Positions 10,614 to 23,035 are shown, counted from the first letter of the stretch. The stretch: DNA of 64,000 bases from Rhizobium sp. Q54 (GCA_945889645.1 CAMDCA010000002.1:26323-90322), one strand, 5' to 3'. The notes: generated by a model from the sequence alone, not told the origin. Numbers and translations are program-made.

Positions 10614-11495
10614 TCAGATCGCCTCGGCGCCCGAGATGATTTCGATCAGTTCCTTGGTGATGTTCGCCTGGCGCGCGCGGTTGTAGACCAGCGTCAGCCT
10701 GGCGATCATGTCGCCGGCGTTGCGCGTCGCCGAGTCCATGGCGTTCATCTGCGCACCCTGGAAGCTGGCGTTGTTCTCCAGCATCGCATTGAGCACTTGC
10801 ACCGCTAGGTTGCGCGGCAGCAGTTCCGCCAGAATCTCGCCCTCGTCCGGCTCGGCCTCGTACGACGCGTCGCCCTCAAGCTTGGTGCCGCCACCCTCCG
10901 GGATCGCGACCGGAATGAGCTGCTTCTCGGTTGGCACCTGCGAGATGACCGACTTGAACGTGTTGTAGAAGATCACGCAGCGATCGAACTCGCCGCCGTC
11001 GAGCATCGTCGTGATCTGTTCGGCGATCCCCTGCGCGTCGGCGTAGGTGATCTTGCGCATCTTCGAGGTGTCGACCTGGCCGACGAAGCGCGCGCCGTGG
11101 TCACGGCGCAGCGCATCGCGGCCCTTGCGGCCGACCGGCATGATCTTGACCGTCTTGCCGTCGGCCAGGAGCGCGTTGATGCGCCGGCGCGCCGTGCGCA
11201 CCAGACTCGAATTCAACGCGCCGCACAAACCGCGGTCCGACGTCACGATGACCACCAGGACCGTCTGATCCTTGCCGGTCCCGATGAGCAGCTTCGGCAT
11301 GTCGTCCGAGCGCGGCACGCCGGCCGCGACCGATGCCATCACGCGCGACATGTGCTGGGCGAATGGCCGCGCCGCCTCAGCCCATTCCTGGGCGCGGCGC
11401 AGCTTTGACGCCGCCACCATCTTGGTGGCCGAGGTGATCTTGCGCGTCGACTTCACGCTGTCGATGCGCTTGCGTAGGTCCTTAAGGCTCGGCAT
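10614..11495 (-). CDS. atpG: ATP synthase F1 gamma
   Basis: SDRGLCG, YNRARQANITKELIEIISGA. Confidence 0.97.
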   Translation of the reverse strand: MPSLKDLRKRIDSVKSTRKITSATKMVAASKLRRAQEWAEAARPFAQHMSRVMASVAAGVPRSDDMPKLLIGTGKDQTVLVVIVTSDRGLCGALNSSLVRTARRRINALLADGKTVKIMPVGRKGRDALRRDHGARFVGQVDTSKMRKITYADAQGIAEQITTMLDGGEFDRCVIFYNTFKSVISQVPTEKQLIPVAIPEGGGTKLEGDASYEAEPDEGEILAELLPRNLAVQVLNAMLENNASFQGAQMNAMDSATRNAGDMIARLTLVYNRARQANITKELIEIISGAEAI

Positions 11496-11527
11496 CCCCG
11501 CCCGCCGTTCTCTCTACCGGTCCGCGC

Positions 11528-13059
<1,532 letters not shown>

Positions 13060-13060
<1 letters not shown>

Positions 13061-13620
13061 CACGCGACCTCTTTCATGGCGTTTTGCAGATTGAACAGTT
13101 TCGTACGCAGCGACGAATCGACCATCGTGGAGCCGAGCCGCACGATGAGACCGCCGAGAATTGCCGGATCGACCTTGGTCGACAGGCGCACTTCGCGCCC
13201 GGCGACCTTGGCCAGGCTGCTGCGCACCGCGTCGACCTGAGCGGCCGCCAGCGGCTTGGCCGATGTAACCTCGGCCGCGACCTCGCCCTTGTGGTGCGAC
13301 ACTAGGACGCGGAAGCCGCGGATAATTTCAGGCAGTTGGAACAGACGCCGGTTGCGCGCCGTCAAACCGACCAGCTTGGCCGCTAGGCCACCGATCTGGG
13401 CGCGTGCCAGCACCGCGGCGAGGGCCTTGGCCTGCTCGTCGCGGGCGACCACCGGGCTCTTGATGAGCCGCGCCAGATCGGGGCTGCTGTCAATCATCGC
13501 GGCGACCTGATCCAAGGCCGCCATGGTCTGATCGATTTGCTTCTCGCCCGCGGCGAGATCGAACAGCGCGGTCGCGTACCGACCGGCGAGTCCGGAGACG
13601 AGGCTCGATACTGCGGTCAA
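13060..13620 (-). CDS. atpH: ATP synthase F1 delta
   Basis: [30 protein letters not shown]; TTG start at 13620 inferred. Confidence 0.92.
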
Positions 13621-13735
13621 CGGATGCGCCCTGGGCTCTCTGGTGCGTGGGGAAGCAGCGTCGCAGCGACGCCCATAACCCACTGAAAACAATAGAAAAT
13701 TTGTCGGCCCCGACCCCTGCCGACCAGGCAGCGGA

Positions 13736-13765
13736 TACCTAACACAGTCCTACGGGGCGGCGCAA
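13736..13765 (-). promoter_or_regulatory. Putative sigma70 promoter of atpHAGDC
   Basis: Minus strand TTGCGC-N18-TAGGTA upstream of atpH; eyeballed only. Confidence 0.3.
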
Positions 13766-13897
13766 CCCGAGGGACTGTCGCAGGTACAGCGGTCTAAGCC
13801 CATCGTTGGGAGGGAAGGACATCTCCCTCACGTGGCGAGCGGAGTCCGGCATACCCACCACGCAGCGTGGGTATGCACGAATGGTCGCAGGCGCGAG

Positions 13898-14521
13898 CTA
13901 CGCAGCCTTCCCCAGCGCGACCTGATTCCGCGCCGTGCGCAGCGCGTTCGCCCACCACAGCAACTCGGTGATTGCAGCGTCGGCTTGGCCCTTGAGACGC
14001 TGGTTATCGTTGTAGAGCGCCGGATCGACCGGCGCCGTCAGCTTCATCGTCGCGAGGTAGGATTCAAGTGGAAGGTGAATGCCGGTGCGAATCGGCGCCA
14101 TCTTCAACTCGTTGGCGACCTGCCGCAGCTGCTCGACGGCGCGCGCACCACCGGCACCGCCGTAGGACAGGAACGTCACCGGCTTCTGGTTGACCTCGGT
14201 GTAGACCCAATCGAGCGCATTCTTGAGCACGGCCGGGTAGCCGCGGTTGTACTCGGGCGTGACGATGACGTAGGCGTCGGCCTCGGCGAGCTTTGCGCCC
14301 CATGCGTTGGCAGCAACGTTGGCGCGCTTGCCGGCGGCCGGCGGGATCGCCTCGTTGAAGAACGGCAGCGGCCAGTCGCGCAGGTCGAGCAGCTCGACCG
14401 CCACGCCGGGCTGCTTGGCGAACTCATCGGCGATCCAGCGCGCGGGCTTGTCGCCATAGCGTCCGTCGCGGGTCGAACCAAGAATGACTTGGATCTTCAA
14501 AGGCTTGCTGGCGCTGGTCAT
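13898..14521 (-). CDS. NADPH-dependent FMN reductase
   Basis: GSTRDGR, TPEYNRGYPAVLKNALD, SYGGAGGARAVEQLR. Confidence 0.9.
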   Translation of the reverse strand: MTSASKPLKIQVILGSTRDGRYGDKPARWIADEFAKQPGVAVELLDLRDWPLPFFNEAIPPAAGKRANVAANAWGAKLAEADAYVIVTPEYNRGYPAVLKNALDWVYTEVNQKPVTFLSYGGAGGARAVEQLRQVANELKMAPIRTGIHLPLESYLATMKLTAPVDPALYNDNQRLKGQADAAITELLWWANALRTARNQVALGKAA

Positions 14522-14617
14522 GGTTCTTGTCCGTCCTCTGGTATACACTGGTAACCTTCACTATCTATGGAACCACATAGGCACGTGCAAGGAGGCACCT
14601 TGATTTCACCTAGGCAC

Positions 14618-15028
14618 ATGGACGCCGGGAATTGCCCGGCGGTCCGCGAAGTTCTCAGCCGCGTCGGCGACAAATGGAGCGTGCTGGTGATCGCGCGGCT
14701 CGGCGACGAGCCGAAGCGCTTCAGCGAGCTCAAGCGCAAGGTGGAGGGCATCTCCCAGCGCATGCTGACGCTCACGCTGCGCGGGCTGGAGCGCGACGGC
14801 ATGCTGACGCGCACGGTGCATCCGACTCTGCCGCCCAGCGTCGAGTACGCACTCACGCCGCTGGGCCGCACCCTGCTGGAGCCGATCCAGGGCCTCGCCA
14901 AATGGGCCGAGACCAATCGCCTCGCCATCCAAGAGGCGCGGGCGCGATTCGATGCGACACAGGAGCCGGCCGCGGCCGGGGCCGCGCCGAATCGTACGGA
15001 CGCGACGCGCGAGCGTCCGCGACCCTAG
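14618..15028 (+). CDS. HxlR-family winged-helix regulator
   Basis: [40 protein letters not shown]; divergent from the reductase. Confidence 0.9.
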   Translation: MDAGNCPAVREVLSRVGDKWSVLVIARLGDEPKRFSELKRKVEGISQRMLTLTLRGLERDGMLTRTVHPTLPPSVEYALTPLGRTLLEPIQGLAKWAETNRLAIQEARARFDATQEPAAAGAAPNRTDATRERPRP

Positions 15029-17232
15029 AGGAACGAATACGGGTCGATGTCGACCTGCAGGCGAACACCGGACGGCGCCGTGACGCGGCGAATCCAGTCG
15101 CGCACCACCGCCTGCACATTCGCGCTTCGCTGCGCGCGCAACAGCAGCCGGAAGCGATGGCGGCCGCGGAGTAGTGCCAGCGGCGCCGGCGCCGGGCCGA
15201 GCACCGACACATCCGTCAGGCGCGGTGCCGCGCGCGCCAGATCGCGTGCGTAGCTCTCGACGCGGCTGGGATTGGTGCCGGAAACGATCAGCGCGACCAA
15301 GCGGCCGAATGGCGGCCAGCCGCCGCGGCGGCGGTCCTCGGCTTCGCGCGCAAGGAACCCCGCGCGATCGCCTTGGATCAGCGCCCGCATAACCGGATGC
15401 TTAGGTGCGTAAGTCTGCAGGTAGACCGTGCCGGGACGCTCGGCGCGGCCGGCACGCCCCGCTACCTGACTGAGGAGCTGGAAGGTGCGCTCGGCGGCGC
15501 GCAGGTCACCGCCATCCAAACCGAGATCGGCATCCACCACGGCGACCACGGTCAGCAACGGGAAGTGGTGCCCTTTGGCGACGATCTGCGTGCCGATGAG
15601 GATGTCGACCTTCCGCTCGGCCATCGCGCGCACCAGCGTTGCGGCCGCCGCCGGTCCGGTCATCGTATCGCTCGCCATCACCGCCGCGCGCGCTTCGGGG
15701 AACAGGCGCGTCACTTCTTCGGCCACGCGCTCGACGCCGGGGCCGCAGGCGGCGAGTGAGTCCAGCGTGCCGCATTCCGGACAGGCCTTTGGCATCTCGA
15801 CCCGGTGTCCGCAGTGATGACACTCCAGCCGCCCGGCATAGCGATGCTCGACCAGCCACGCCTTGCAGTTCGGACATTCCATGCGGTGCCCACACGTGCG
15901 GCACAGGGTGAGCGGTGCATAGCCTCGGCGGTTGAGGAACAGCATCGCCTGGCTGCCCTCGGCCAACGCCGCCGTCACCGCATCGACGACCATCGGCGAT
16001 AGCCACGCACCGCGCGGCGGCGGCGCGGCCACCATGTCCACCGCGACGATCTTCGGCATCTGCGCCGCCGCATGGCGTTCGGGCAGATGCAGCACTGTGT
16101 AGCGGCCGGACTCGACGTTGGTCATCGTCTCCAGCGACGGCGTCGCCGACACCAGCACCACCGGCAGCGCGGCCAGGTGGCCGAGCGCCACCGCCATGTC
16201 GCGCGCGTTGTAGATGACGCCTTCCTCTTGCTTGTAAGAACCGTCGTGCTCCTCATCGACGACGACGAGGCCCAGGTCGCGGTAGGGGAGGAACAGCGAC
16301 GACCGCGCACCGACGACAACGCGCGCGCGTCCCTCCGCTACCGCGCGCCACGTACTGCGCCGGCGACCCTGCGATAGTTCGGAGTGCCATTCAGCCGGCG
16401 CGCCGCCGAAGCGCGTACGAAAGCGATCGAGCCATTGTCCAGTCAGCGCGATCTCCGGCACCAGCACCAACGCCTGCCTGCCCTGCGCGAGCGTCTCGGC
16501 AACCGCGTCGAGATAGACCTCGGTCTTACCCGATCCGGTGACGCCGTCGAGCACCGTGACCGAGAAGGAACGATCGCGCACCCGCGCGCGAAGTTGCGCC
16601 GCGGCGGCGGCCTGGTCGGGCGACAGCGACACGTCACCGGTGGGATGAAGATCCGCCGGACCGGACTCGACGGCGAGCGGTACGGATCGTAACAAGCCAT
16701 CGTCGGCCATCTTGCGCACGACGCCGCTGCTGACGCGGGCGCCGCGCGCGATATCGGCCTGGCTGCGCGCCACGCCGTCCACCAACAGATCGGCGATGCG
16801 CTTGCGCGCATCAGTGCGCATCGCGTCGGAATTTGCGAGCACGTAGCCGGGGCGCGCGTCCGGCGCCTGCAGCGCGGCCGGGGCGCTCATCAGCAGGCGC
16901 AGCACCGCCCCCGGCGGCGAGACCGTGTAGTTGGCGACCCACGACAAGAACGCGCGCGTCGCTTCGGGGACCTGCGGCAGATCGATGCGTGCGGCAACGG
17001 CGCGCACCTTTTCGGCAGCGATGTCGCTGCTGCCTGCGCCCCACACCACTCCGGCGACGCGTCGCGGTCCGAGCGGTACGTGCACATAGTCACCGGCGGC
17101 AAGCGTGAGCCCGTCCGGGACGACGTAATCGTACACACTGCCGAGCGGCAGCGGCAACAACACTCCGACACGCGTGCCCGACACAAAAATATTATCGAGG
17201 CGCGCTGGCGCGCTGGCAGGGGCCGGGGGCAT
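15025..17232 (-). CDS. priA: Primosomal protein N'
   Basis: [15 protein letters not shown], four CxxC zinc motifs, QVAGRAGR. Confidence 0.96.
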   Translation of the reverse strand: MPPAPASAPARLDNIFVSGTRVGVLLPLPLGSVYDYVVPDGLTLAAGDYVHVPLGPRRVAGVVWGAGSSDIAAEKVRAVAARIDLPQVPEATRAFLSWVANYTVSPPGAVLRLLMSAPAALQAPDARPGYVLANSDAMRTDARKRIADLLVDGVARSQADIARGARVSSGVVRKMADDGLLRSVPLAVESGPADLHPTGDVSLSPDQAAAAAQLRARVRDRSFSVTVLDGVTGSGKTEVYLDAVAETLAQGRQALVLVPEIALTGQWLDRFRTRFGGAPAEWHSELSQGRRRSTWRAVAEGRARVVVGARSSLFLPYRDLGLVVVDEEHDGSYKQEEGVIYNARDMAVALGHLAALPVVLVSATPSLETMTNVESGRYTVLHLPERHAAAQMPKIVAVDMVAAPPPRGAWLSPMVVDAVTAALAEGSQAMLFLNRRGYAPLTLCRTCGHRMECPNCKAWLVEHRYAGRLECHHCGHRVEMPKACPECGTLDSLAACGPGVERVAEEVTRLFPEARAAVMASDTMTGPAAAATLVRAMAERKVDILIGTQIVAKGHHFPLLTVVAVVDADLGLDGGDLRAAERTFQLLSQVAGRAGRAERPGTVYLQTYAPKHPVMRALIQGDRAGFLAREAEDRRRGGWPPFGRLVALIVSGTNPSRVESYARDLARAAPRLTDVSVLGPAPAPLALLRGRHRFRLLLRAQRSANVQAVVRDWIRRVTAPSGVRLQVDIDPYSFL

Positions 17233-17303
17233 CGCCTACACTCTGCCGGTACGCGCGACGTGTCACAAGTTGCGCTGAGGATTGCGCGGAAATCGAACGC
17301 AGG

Positions 17304-18086
17304 ATGCACAGCGGCAAGCCTATCGGCCAGGAAGACACCGGAGCGACCCCGGCCGATCCTGCGCGTGACGGCGGCCCGGCCCCTGCCCCGGCGCCGTCGG
17401 ACAAGATTTCCGCCACCGACGTCACGGCTTTCCTGCGCCGCAACCCGAACTTCCTGAACGACCAGCCGCAGCTGCTGGAGACCCTGACGCCGCCGGCCGA
17501 GCGCAATGGCCGGCGCGTGCTCGACATGCAGCGCTTCGTCATCGACCGCCTGCAGCGCACCATCGCGACGGTGCGGGCGCGCGAGACCGAGCTGGTCTCC
17601 TCCATGCGCTCCAGCCGGTCGAGCACGGCGCGCGTCCATGCCGCGGTGCTGACACTGTGCGAAACCGGCGCGCTGGAAAACCTCACCGAGATCATCAGCA
17701 ACGACCTGCCGACCGTCCTGGAGATCGACGTTGTCATGCTCGCCGTCGAGGCGGAGCAGGACCAGCTCGGCTCCCTGCGTTCGACGCCCGGCGTGGTGCT
17801 GATCCCGCGCGGCACGGTGGACAGGCTGGTCGGCGTGGGCCGCGACGTTCTACTCACGTGCGCGCCGACCGCAGCCGAGACCGAGTTGTTCGGCGGCGCC
17901 GCTACGCTGGTGAAGTCTGCGGCACTGCTGCGCCTGCGCTTGGGACGGCCGGGCCGCCCGGCGCTCCTGGCGCTCGGCAGCCGCGATCCCGCGCGCTTGG
18001 CGCCCGGGCAAGGCACCGACATGCTGACCTTCCTCGCCGAGGCTCTGGGCCGCCGCCTGCGCGAATGGCTGGACTACGCCCTGTAG
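17304..18086 (+). CDS. DUF484-family protein
   Basis: FLRRNPNFL, LALGSRDPARLAPGQGTDMLTFL; directly upstream of xerC. Confidence 0.8.
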   Translation: MHSGKPIGQEDTGATPADPARDGGPAPAPAPSDKISATDVTAFLRRNPNFLNDQPQLLETLTPPAERNGRRVLDMQRFVIDRLQRTIATVRARETELVSSMRSSRSSTARVHAAVLTLCETGALENLTEIISNDLPTVLEIDVVMLAVEAEQDQLGSLRSTPGVVLIPRGTVDRLVGVGRDVLLTCAPTAAETELFGGAATLVKSAALLRLRLGRPGRPALLALGSRDPARLAPGQGTDMLTFLAEALGRRLREWLDYAL

Positions 18087-19021
18087 AGCCCCTGCTCGCC
18101 GGCGCCGACGTGCGCGCGGCCGTCACCGAATGGTCGATCTGGCTCGCGTCTGAGCGCCGCGCGTCGGCCAATACGCTCGCGGCGTACCAACGCGACTTGG
18201 CCGCGTTCTTCACGTTCCTGTCCGGTCACCTGGGCAGCCCCGCGACGCTCGCCAACCTCGGCCAACTGCGCACTGCCGACATCCGCGCCTACCTCGCGCA
18301 CCGCCGCAGCGAGGGATTGCAGAGCGCGTCCTTGGCGCGCGCATTGTCCGCCGTGCGCGGGTTCTTCCGCTTCCTGGGCCGCCGCGATCTGGTGCACAAC
18401 CCGGCGGTCACCAGCGTGCAGTCGCCCAAACTGCCGCGCGCCGTCCCCAAGCCGCTGACGGTGGAGGCAGCCCGGGCCGCCCTCGGCGAGGTCGCGACGG
18501 CGCCGAGTGGCGAGGAGTGGGTCGGCCTGCGCGACGTGGCGCTGCTCACCTTGCTGTACGGCTGCGGCCTGCGTATCGCCGAGGGCCTGAGCCTACGCCG
18601 CGCGCACGCGCCGCTCGGCACCAGCCTGGTCATCACCGGCAAGGGCAACAAGCAGCGCCTGGTGCCCGTGCTGCCGGTGGTGCGCGCCGCGGTCGATCAG
18701 TACGTTGCCGCCTGCCCACACGATCTTCCCGCCGACGGGCCACTGTTTGTCGGCGCGCGCGGCAAGCAACTGCAGCCGGCCATCGTGCAGAAGCGCATGC
18801 GCCAGATGCGCGCGGCACTCGACTTGCCGGACACCGCAACGCCGCACGCCCTGCGCCACAGCTTTGCGACCCATCTGCTCTCGGCCGGCGGCGACCTGCG
18901 CACGATCCAGGAGCTGCTGGGGCACGCGTCCCTATCGACGACCCAGCGCTACACCGACGTCGATGCCGAACGCCTGCGCGAGGTCTACGACAAAGCGCAT
19001 CCGCGCGCCCGCGCGCGCTAG
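18065..19021 (+). CDS. xerC: Tyrosine recombinase XerC
   Basis: YGCGLRIAE, GKGNKQR, HALRHSFATH, LGHASLSTTQRY; DUF484 context. Confidence 0.9.
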   Translation: MAGLRPVEPLLAGADVRAAVTEWSIWLASERRASANTLAAYQRDLAAFFTFLSGHLGSPATLANLGQLRTADIRAYLAHRRSEGLQSASLARALSAVRGFFRFLGRRDLVHNPAVTSVQSPKLPRAVPKPLTVEAARAALGEVATAPSGEEWVGLRDVALLTLLYGCGLRIAEGLSLRRAHAPLGTSLVITGKGNKQRLVPVLPVVRAAVDQYVAACPHDLPADGPLFVGARGKQLQPAIVQKRMRQMRAALDLPDTATPHALRHSFATHLLSAGGDLRTIQELLGHASLSTTQRYTDVDAERLREVYDKAHPRARAR

Positions 19022-19809
19022 CGCGTCAGCAGCGCCACGAGCGCGTCGCGCGACCGTGCCACGCACGCGCGGCCCTCGCCGATGCTGTCGTATGCACGGT
19101 CGAACTGGAACGGGCCGACGTCGCCGAGTTCCGGCACCAGCAGGACGTCAGCGGGTTCGGACGCCAACCGCGCGCGGGTGATCTGCACCTGCATGATCGT
19201 CACGGATCGCGCCAAAGCGTCGAAGTACGACGGCATCCCCGCCTTGGCCGGAACCATGCGCGAGCTGTTGACGTCCACGGCGATGACGACGTCGGCACCG
19301 AGTGCGCGGCACAGGGACACCGGCACCGGATTGACCAGGCCGCCGTCCAGCAGCCAGCGGCCTTCGCGCGCGCACGGCAGGAAGAGTCCCGGCAAGCCGA
19401 TCGAGGCGCGCACCGCGTCGCCAATCGGGCCGGACCGCAGCCACACCTCTTCGCCGTTCTCGACGTCGGTGGCGACGGCGGCGAACGGCGTGGCAAGCGT
19501 CTCAATGTCTCCGGTGCAGCGGAGCTGGTCGAGGAAGGCGCGGATCTTGGCGCCGTCGATGAGGCCGCCGCGGGCGATGCGCAGGTCGAGCATCTTCACG
19601 CCATCGCGCCACGTCATCTTCTCGGCGCGGGCGCGCAGCGCATCCAGCCGGCCGGTGACGTAGACCGCGCCCACCAGCGCGCCGATCGACGTGCCACAGA
19701 CGATGTCGGGCCGGATGCCGAGTTCGGTCAGCGCGTCGATGGTGCCGAGGTGCGCCCAGCCGCGCGCCGACCCGCCGCCGAGCGCCAACCCGAGGCGGAG
19801 ACGGGCCAT
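19018..19809 (-). CDS. Patatin-like phospholipase (RssA-like)
   Basis: GGGSARG, GTSIG, DGG motifs. Confidence 0.88.
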   Translation of the reverse strand: MARLRLGLALGGGSARGWAHLGTIDALTELGIRPDIVCGTSIGALVGAVYVTGRLDALRARAEKMTWRDGVKMLDLRIARGGLIDGAKIRAFLDQLRCTGDIETLATPFAAVATDVENGEEVWLRSGPIGDAVRASIGLPGLFLPCAREGRWLLDGGLVNPVPVSLCRALGADVVIAVDVNSSRMVPAKAGMPSYFDALARSVTIMQVQITRARLASEPADVLLVPELGDVGPFQFDRAYDSIGEGRACVARSRDALVALLTR

Positions 19810-19816
19810 CGTTCGA

Positions 19817-21223
19817 TCAGAGGTGGAGGACGCGGCCGGCAACGTCGAGAGCGGCTTCCTTCATTGCCTCGGACAACGTCGGGTGAGCGTGACAGGTGCG
19901 CGCGATGTCCGCGGCCGTGCCGCCCAATTCCATCGCCAGCACCGCCTCGTGGATCAGCGTGCCGGCCTCGGCGCCGATGATATGCACGCCAAGCACGCGG
20001 TCGGTGGCCTTGTCGGCCAGTATCTTGATGAAGCCGTCGGTATACCCGTTGGCGCGCGCCCGCGGCGTGGCTGTGAACGGAAACCTGCCGGCCGCGTAGG
20101 CGACGCCGTCCTGCTTCAGCGTTTCTTCGCTGCGGCCGACCGAAGCGATCTCGGGCCACGTGTACACAACGCCCGGCACCTTGTCGTAGTCGATGTGGGT
20201 GTCATGGCCGGCGATGGTCTCGACGCATACGACGCCGTCTTCGGATGCCTTGTGCGCCAGCATCGGGCCGGCGATGCAGTCACCGATGGCAAAGATGCCC
20301 GGCACGGTGGTGGCGAACGTCTTGTCCACCGTGATGAAGCCGCGGTCGAGTTTGACGCCGAGGGCTTCGAGGCCGAGGGCGGCGGTGTTCGGTCGCCGTC
20401 CCACCGCAACCAGAACGACGTCAGTCTCCAGTTCCTCTGCGTCGCCTCCGGCCGCCGGTGCAAGCGACACCGACACGCCGGACGCGCCAGCCTGGGCACC
20501 GGTGATCTTGGTTGAAAGGCGGAACGTCAGGCCCTGGCGGCCGAGCAGGCGCTGCGCCAGCGTCGCAACCTCCTGGTCCATGCCGGGCAGTATGCGGTCG
20601 AGGTACTCGACCACCGTCACCTCGGTGCCCAACCGCGCCCACACTGAGCCGAGCTCGAGGCCGATGTAGCCGGCGCCGACCACGACCATGCGCTCCGGCA
20701 CGGCGGACAACGTCAGCGCACCGGTCGAGGACACGATGCGTTGCTCGTCGATGATGACTCCCGGCACCGTGGCCGGGTTCGATCCGGTGGCGATGATGAT
20801 GCGCTTGGCCTGCACGCTCTGCGTGGCGCTCGCCGCGTCGGTCACTTCGACGGCGCCTGGGGCGGCGATGCGGCCGGTGCCGCGCACGTGGGCGATCTTG
20901 TGCTTCTTGAACAGGAAGGCGATGCCCTTGGTGTTCTGGTCCACCACCTTGTCCTTGCGCGCCATCATCGTGGCGAGGTCGAACGACACGTTCGGCGCGA
21001 CGATGCCATGCGCGGCGAGTCCGTGCCCGGCTTCGGCGTACAGGTGCGACGACTGCAGCAGCGCCTTGGACGGAATACAGCCGACGTTGAGGCAGGTGCC
21101 GCCGAGGCGCTCGCGCGATTCGACCACCGCCACCGACATGCCCAACTGCGCGGCGCGAATCGCCGCGACGTAGCCGCCCGGTCCTGCACCGATCACCGCC
21201 AGGTCGTACCAACCGTCCGCCAT
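19817..21223 (-). CDS. lpdA: Dihydrolipoamide dehydrogenase
   Basis: GAGPGG, GGTCLNVGCIPSK, HAHPTLSE. Confidence 0.95.
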   Translation of the reverse strand: MADGWYDLAVIGAGPGGYVAAIRAAQLGMSVAVVESRERLGGTCLNVGCIPSKALLQSSHLYAEAGHGLAAHGIVAPNVSFDLATMMARKDKVVDQNTKGIAFLFKKHKIAHVRGTGRIAAPGAVEVTDAASATQSVQAKRIIIATGSNPATVPGVIIDEQRIVSSTGALTLSAVPERMVVVGAGYIGLELGSVWARLGTEVTVVEYLDRILPGMDQEVATLAQRLLGRQGLTFRLSTKITGAQAGASGVSVSLAPAAGGDAEELETDVVLVAVGRRPNTAALGLEALGVKLDRGFITVDKTFATTVPGIFAIGDCIAGPMLAHKASEDGVVCVETIAGHDTHIDYDKVPGVVYTWPEIASVGRSEETLKQDGVAYAAGRFPFTATPRARANGYTDGFIKILADKATDRVLGVHIIGAEAGTLIHEAVLAMELGGTAADIARTCHAHPTLSEAMKEAALDVAGRVLHL

Positions 21224-21612
21224 CCAATCCTCCCGCCACGCGTTCCAAATCCGCGCGCCAAATCCGCGCGGAGTTATACGGCCCTATGCGCTCCTGCGCG
21301 CGGCGCCTTGGCGCTTGCCTCGGGCCCGCGGCGGTCGCGGATTTACGCGAACTGCGCGCCGCGCATTTACGCGGCAGTTACGCAGCAGTTACGCAGATCA
21401 CGGTTCCGTGAATGGGTCCTCAGGTACGCTTCGTATTGATCGAGCACGCGGGTATCCTTTGTCCAGGCCGCTTTCTGCTACCAGCCATGGGGCTGCCGGG
21501 CCGAAGTCAACACGAATTGTATGAAACGTCAGGTTGGCGGGCCGGCATCGCAGCGCGCTGATGGCGCCATGAATCCTTGGTGGCGCGGCGCCCTGATGCG
21601 GCGCTCGAAAAC

Positions 21613-21642
21613 CAATAGGCGCGCCCGAGGGCGCGCCTATTG
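21613..21642 (-). terminator. Rho-independent terminator-like hairpin
   Basis: CAATAGGCGCGCC/GGCGCGCCTATTG perfect stem followed by GTTTT on the minus strand. Confidence 0.7.
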
Positions 21643-21672
21643 CCGTTCGATGTCGCCGGTCGCGGTGGGCGA

Positions 21673-21984
21673 TTAGCGGACGAGCTTCGAGACCGTGTTG
21701 ACCGCGGTCGCGCCGGTGCCCGTCGTCTCGTAGGTGACGGTGACGGTCATGCCCGGCGAGACGCCGACCAGCATATCGGTCGCGCCCGTTCCCGGACCCG
21801 GAACCGTCAGCGTGATGGTTTGCGCGTCGATGCCGGCCGGAGCATTGACCTGACCGGCGGCATTGGTCTGCACGACGATGACGCGGTTGTTGATCGACTT
21901 GATGAAACCCTTGACCTCGGCCGCACCGGCAGTGCCGGCAAACGCAATCAACGCAACCGCGGTAGCAGCAAACAACTTCTTCAT
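21673..21984 (-). CDS. Small secreted OB-fold-like protein (DUF1344-like)
   Basis: SD GGAGG, signal peptide MKKLFAATAVALIAFAGTAGA, then EVKGFIKSI...VSPGMTVTVTY. Confidence 0.6.
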   Translation of the reverse strand: MKKLFAATAVALIAFAGTAGAAEVKGFIKSINNRVIVVQTNAAGQVNAPAGIDAQTITLTVPGPGTGATDMLVGVSPGMTVTVTYETTGTGATAVNTVSKLVR

Positions 21985-22114
21985 TGGCGTCCTCCCAGGA
22001 GAATTGGACGCCAAAGCATGACGTGCCTGCGGCTTCCGGGCAACAGGCGCCCGGAAAGCCGCATCAAAGGCCGAGAAGAACGCCTCTGAGGCCGGACTGA
22101 GGTCCGCCGTGTGG

Positions 22115-23035
22115 CTAGTTCGCGCGGCGGCGCGGCCGGGCGCTGCGGGTCGGCGGCAGGCGCCCCAACAGCAGATTGACCAGCGTCGCACCGATATTGG
22201 TCAAGGAGTCCGCGACGGCGATCCCGGCCGAGCGCATGGCTTCCTTCTTGCCCTCGGCCGTACCCGCACCACCGGAAATGATGGCGCCGGCGTGGCCCAT
22301 CCGTTTGCCCGGAGGGGCCGTGGCGCCAGCGATGAAGCCGGCCATCGGCTTCTTGATGCGGCTGCGGCGAATGAAGGCCGCTGCCTCTTCTTCGAACGAG
22401 CCGCCGATCTCGCCGATCATAATGATGGCTTCGGTGCCCGGGTCGGCGAGGAACAGCTCGAGGATGTCGACGAACGGGCTGCCGTTGACCGGGTCTCCGC
22501 CGATGCCAACGCAGGTTGACTGGCCAAAACCGGCCTTCGTCGTCTGCTCGACCGCCTCGTAGGTCAGCGTGCCGGACTTGGACACGATGCCGACCTTGCC
22601 CGGCATGTGGATGTGGCCCGGCATGATGCCGATCTTGCACGCGCCCGGCGTGATCAGGCCGGCGGTATTGGGTCCGATGAGGCGAGTCTTGGAGCCCGTC
22701 AGCGCGCGCTTCACGCGCACCATGTCGAGCACCGGAATGCCTTCGGTGATGCACACCGCGAGTTCGAGGCCCGCGTCGGCCGCTTCGAGCACCGCGTCGG
22801 CAGCGAACGGCGGCGGTACGAAAATTCCGGTGGCGGTTGCGCCGGTGGCCTCCACTGCTTCGGCGACGGTGTCGAACACCGGCAGGCCGAGATGCTTGGT
22901 GCCGCCCTTGCCCGGCGTGACACCGCCGACGACCTTGGTGCCGTAGGCCAGCGCCTGCTCGGTATGGAACGTGCCCTGGGCGCCGGTGATGCCCTGGACA
23001 ATGACGCGCGTATCGGAGTCGATGAGGATCGACAT
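22115..23035 (-). CDS. sucD: Succinate-CoA ligase alpha subunit (Mtk-like GPNTAG variant)
   Basis: VQGITG, SGTLTYE, GIGGDP, RMGHAGA phospho-His motif. Confidence 0.88.
   Translation of the reverse strand: MSILIDSDTRVIVQGITGAQGTFHTEQALAYGTKVVGGVTPGKGGTKHLGLPVFDTVAEAVEATGATATGIFVPPPFAADAVLEAADAGLELAVCITEGIPVLDMVRVKRALTGSKTRLIGPNTAGLITPGACKIGIMPGHIHMPGKVGIVSKSGTLTYEAVEQTTKAGFGQSTCVGIGGDPVNGSPFVDILELFLADPGTEAIIMIGEIGGSFEEEAAAFIRRSRIKKPMAGFIAGATAPPGKRMGHAGAIISGGAGTAEGKKEAMRSAGIAVADSLTNIGATLVNLLLGRLPPTRSARPRRRAN

Noticed and set aside
18065-19021. Tyrosine recombinase as a mobile-element integrase
   Set aside because: DUF484-xerC in core synteny, with no att sites or cargo.
21340-21395. Short repeats as a CRISPR array
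   Set aside because: Repeats are 6-11 bp with no unique spacers and no cas genes.
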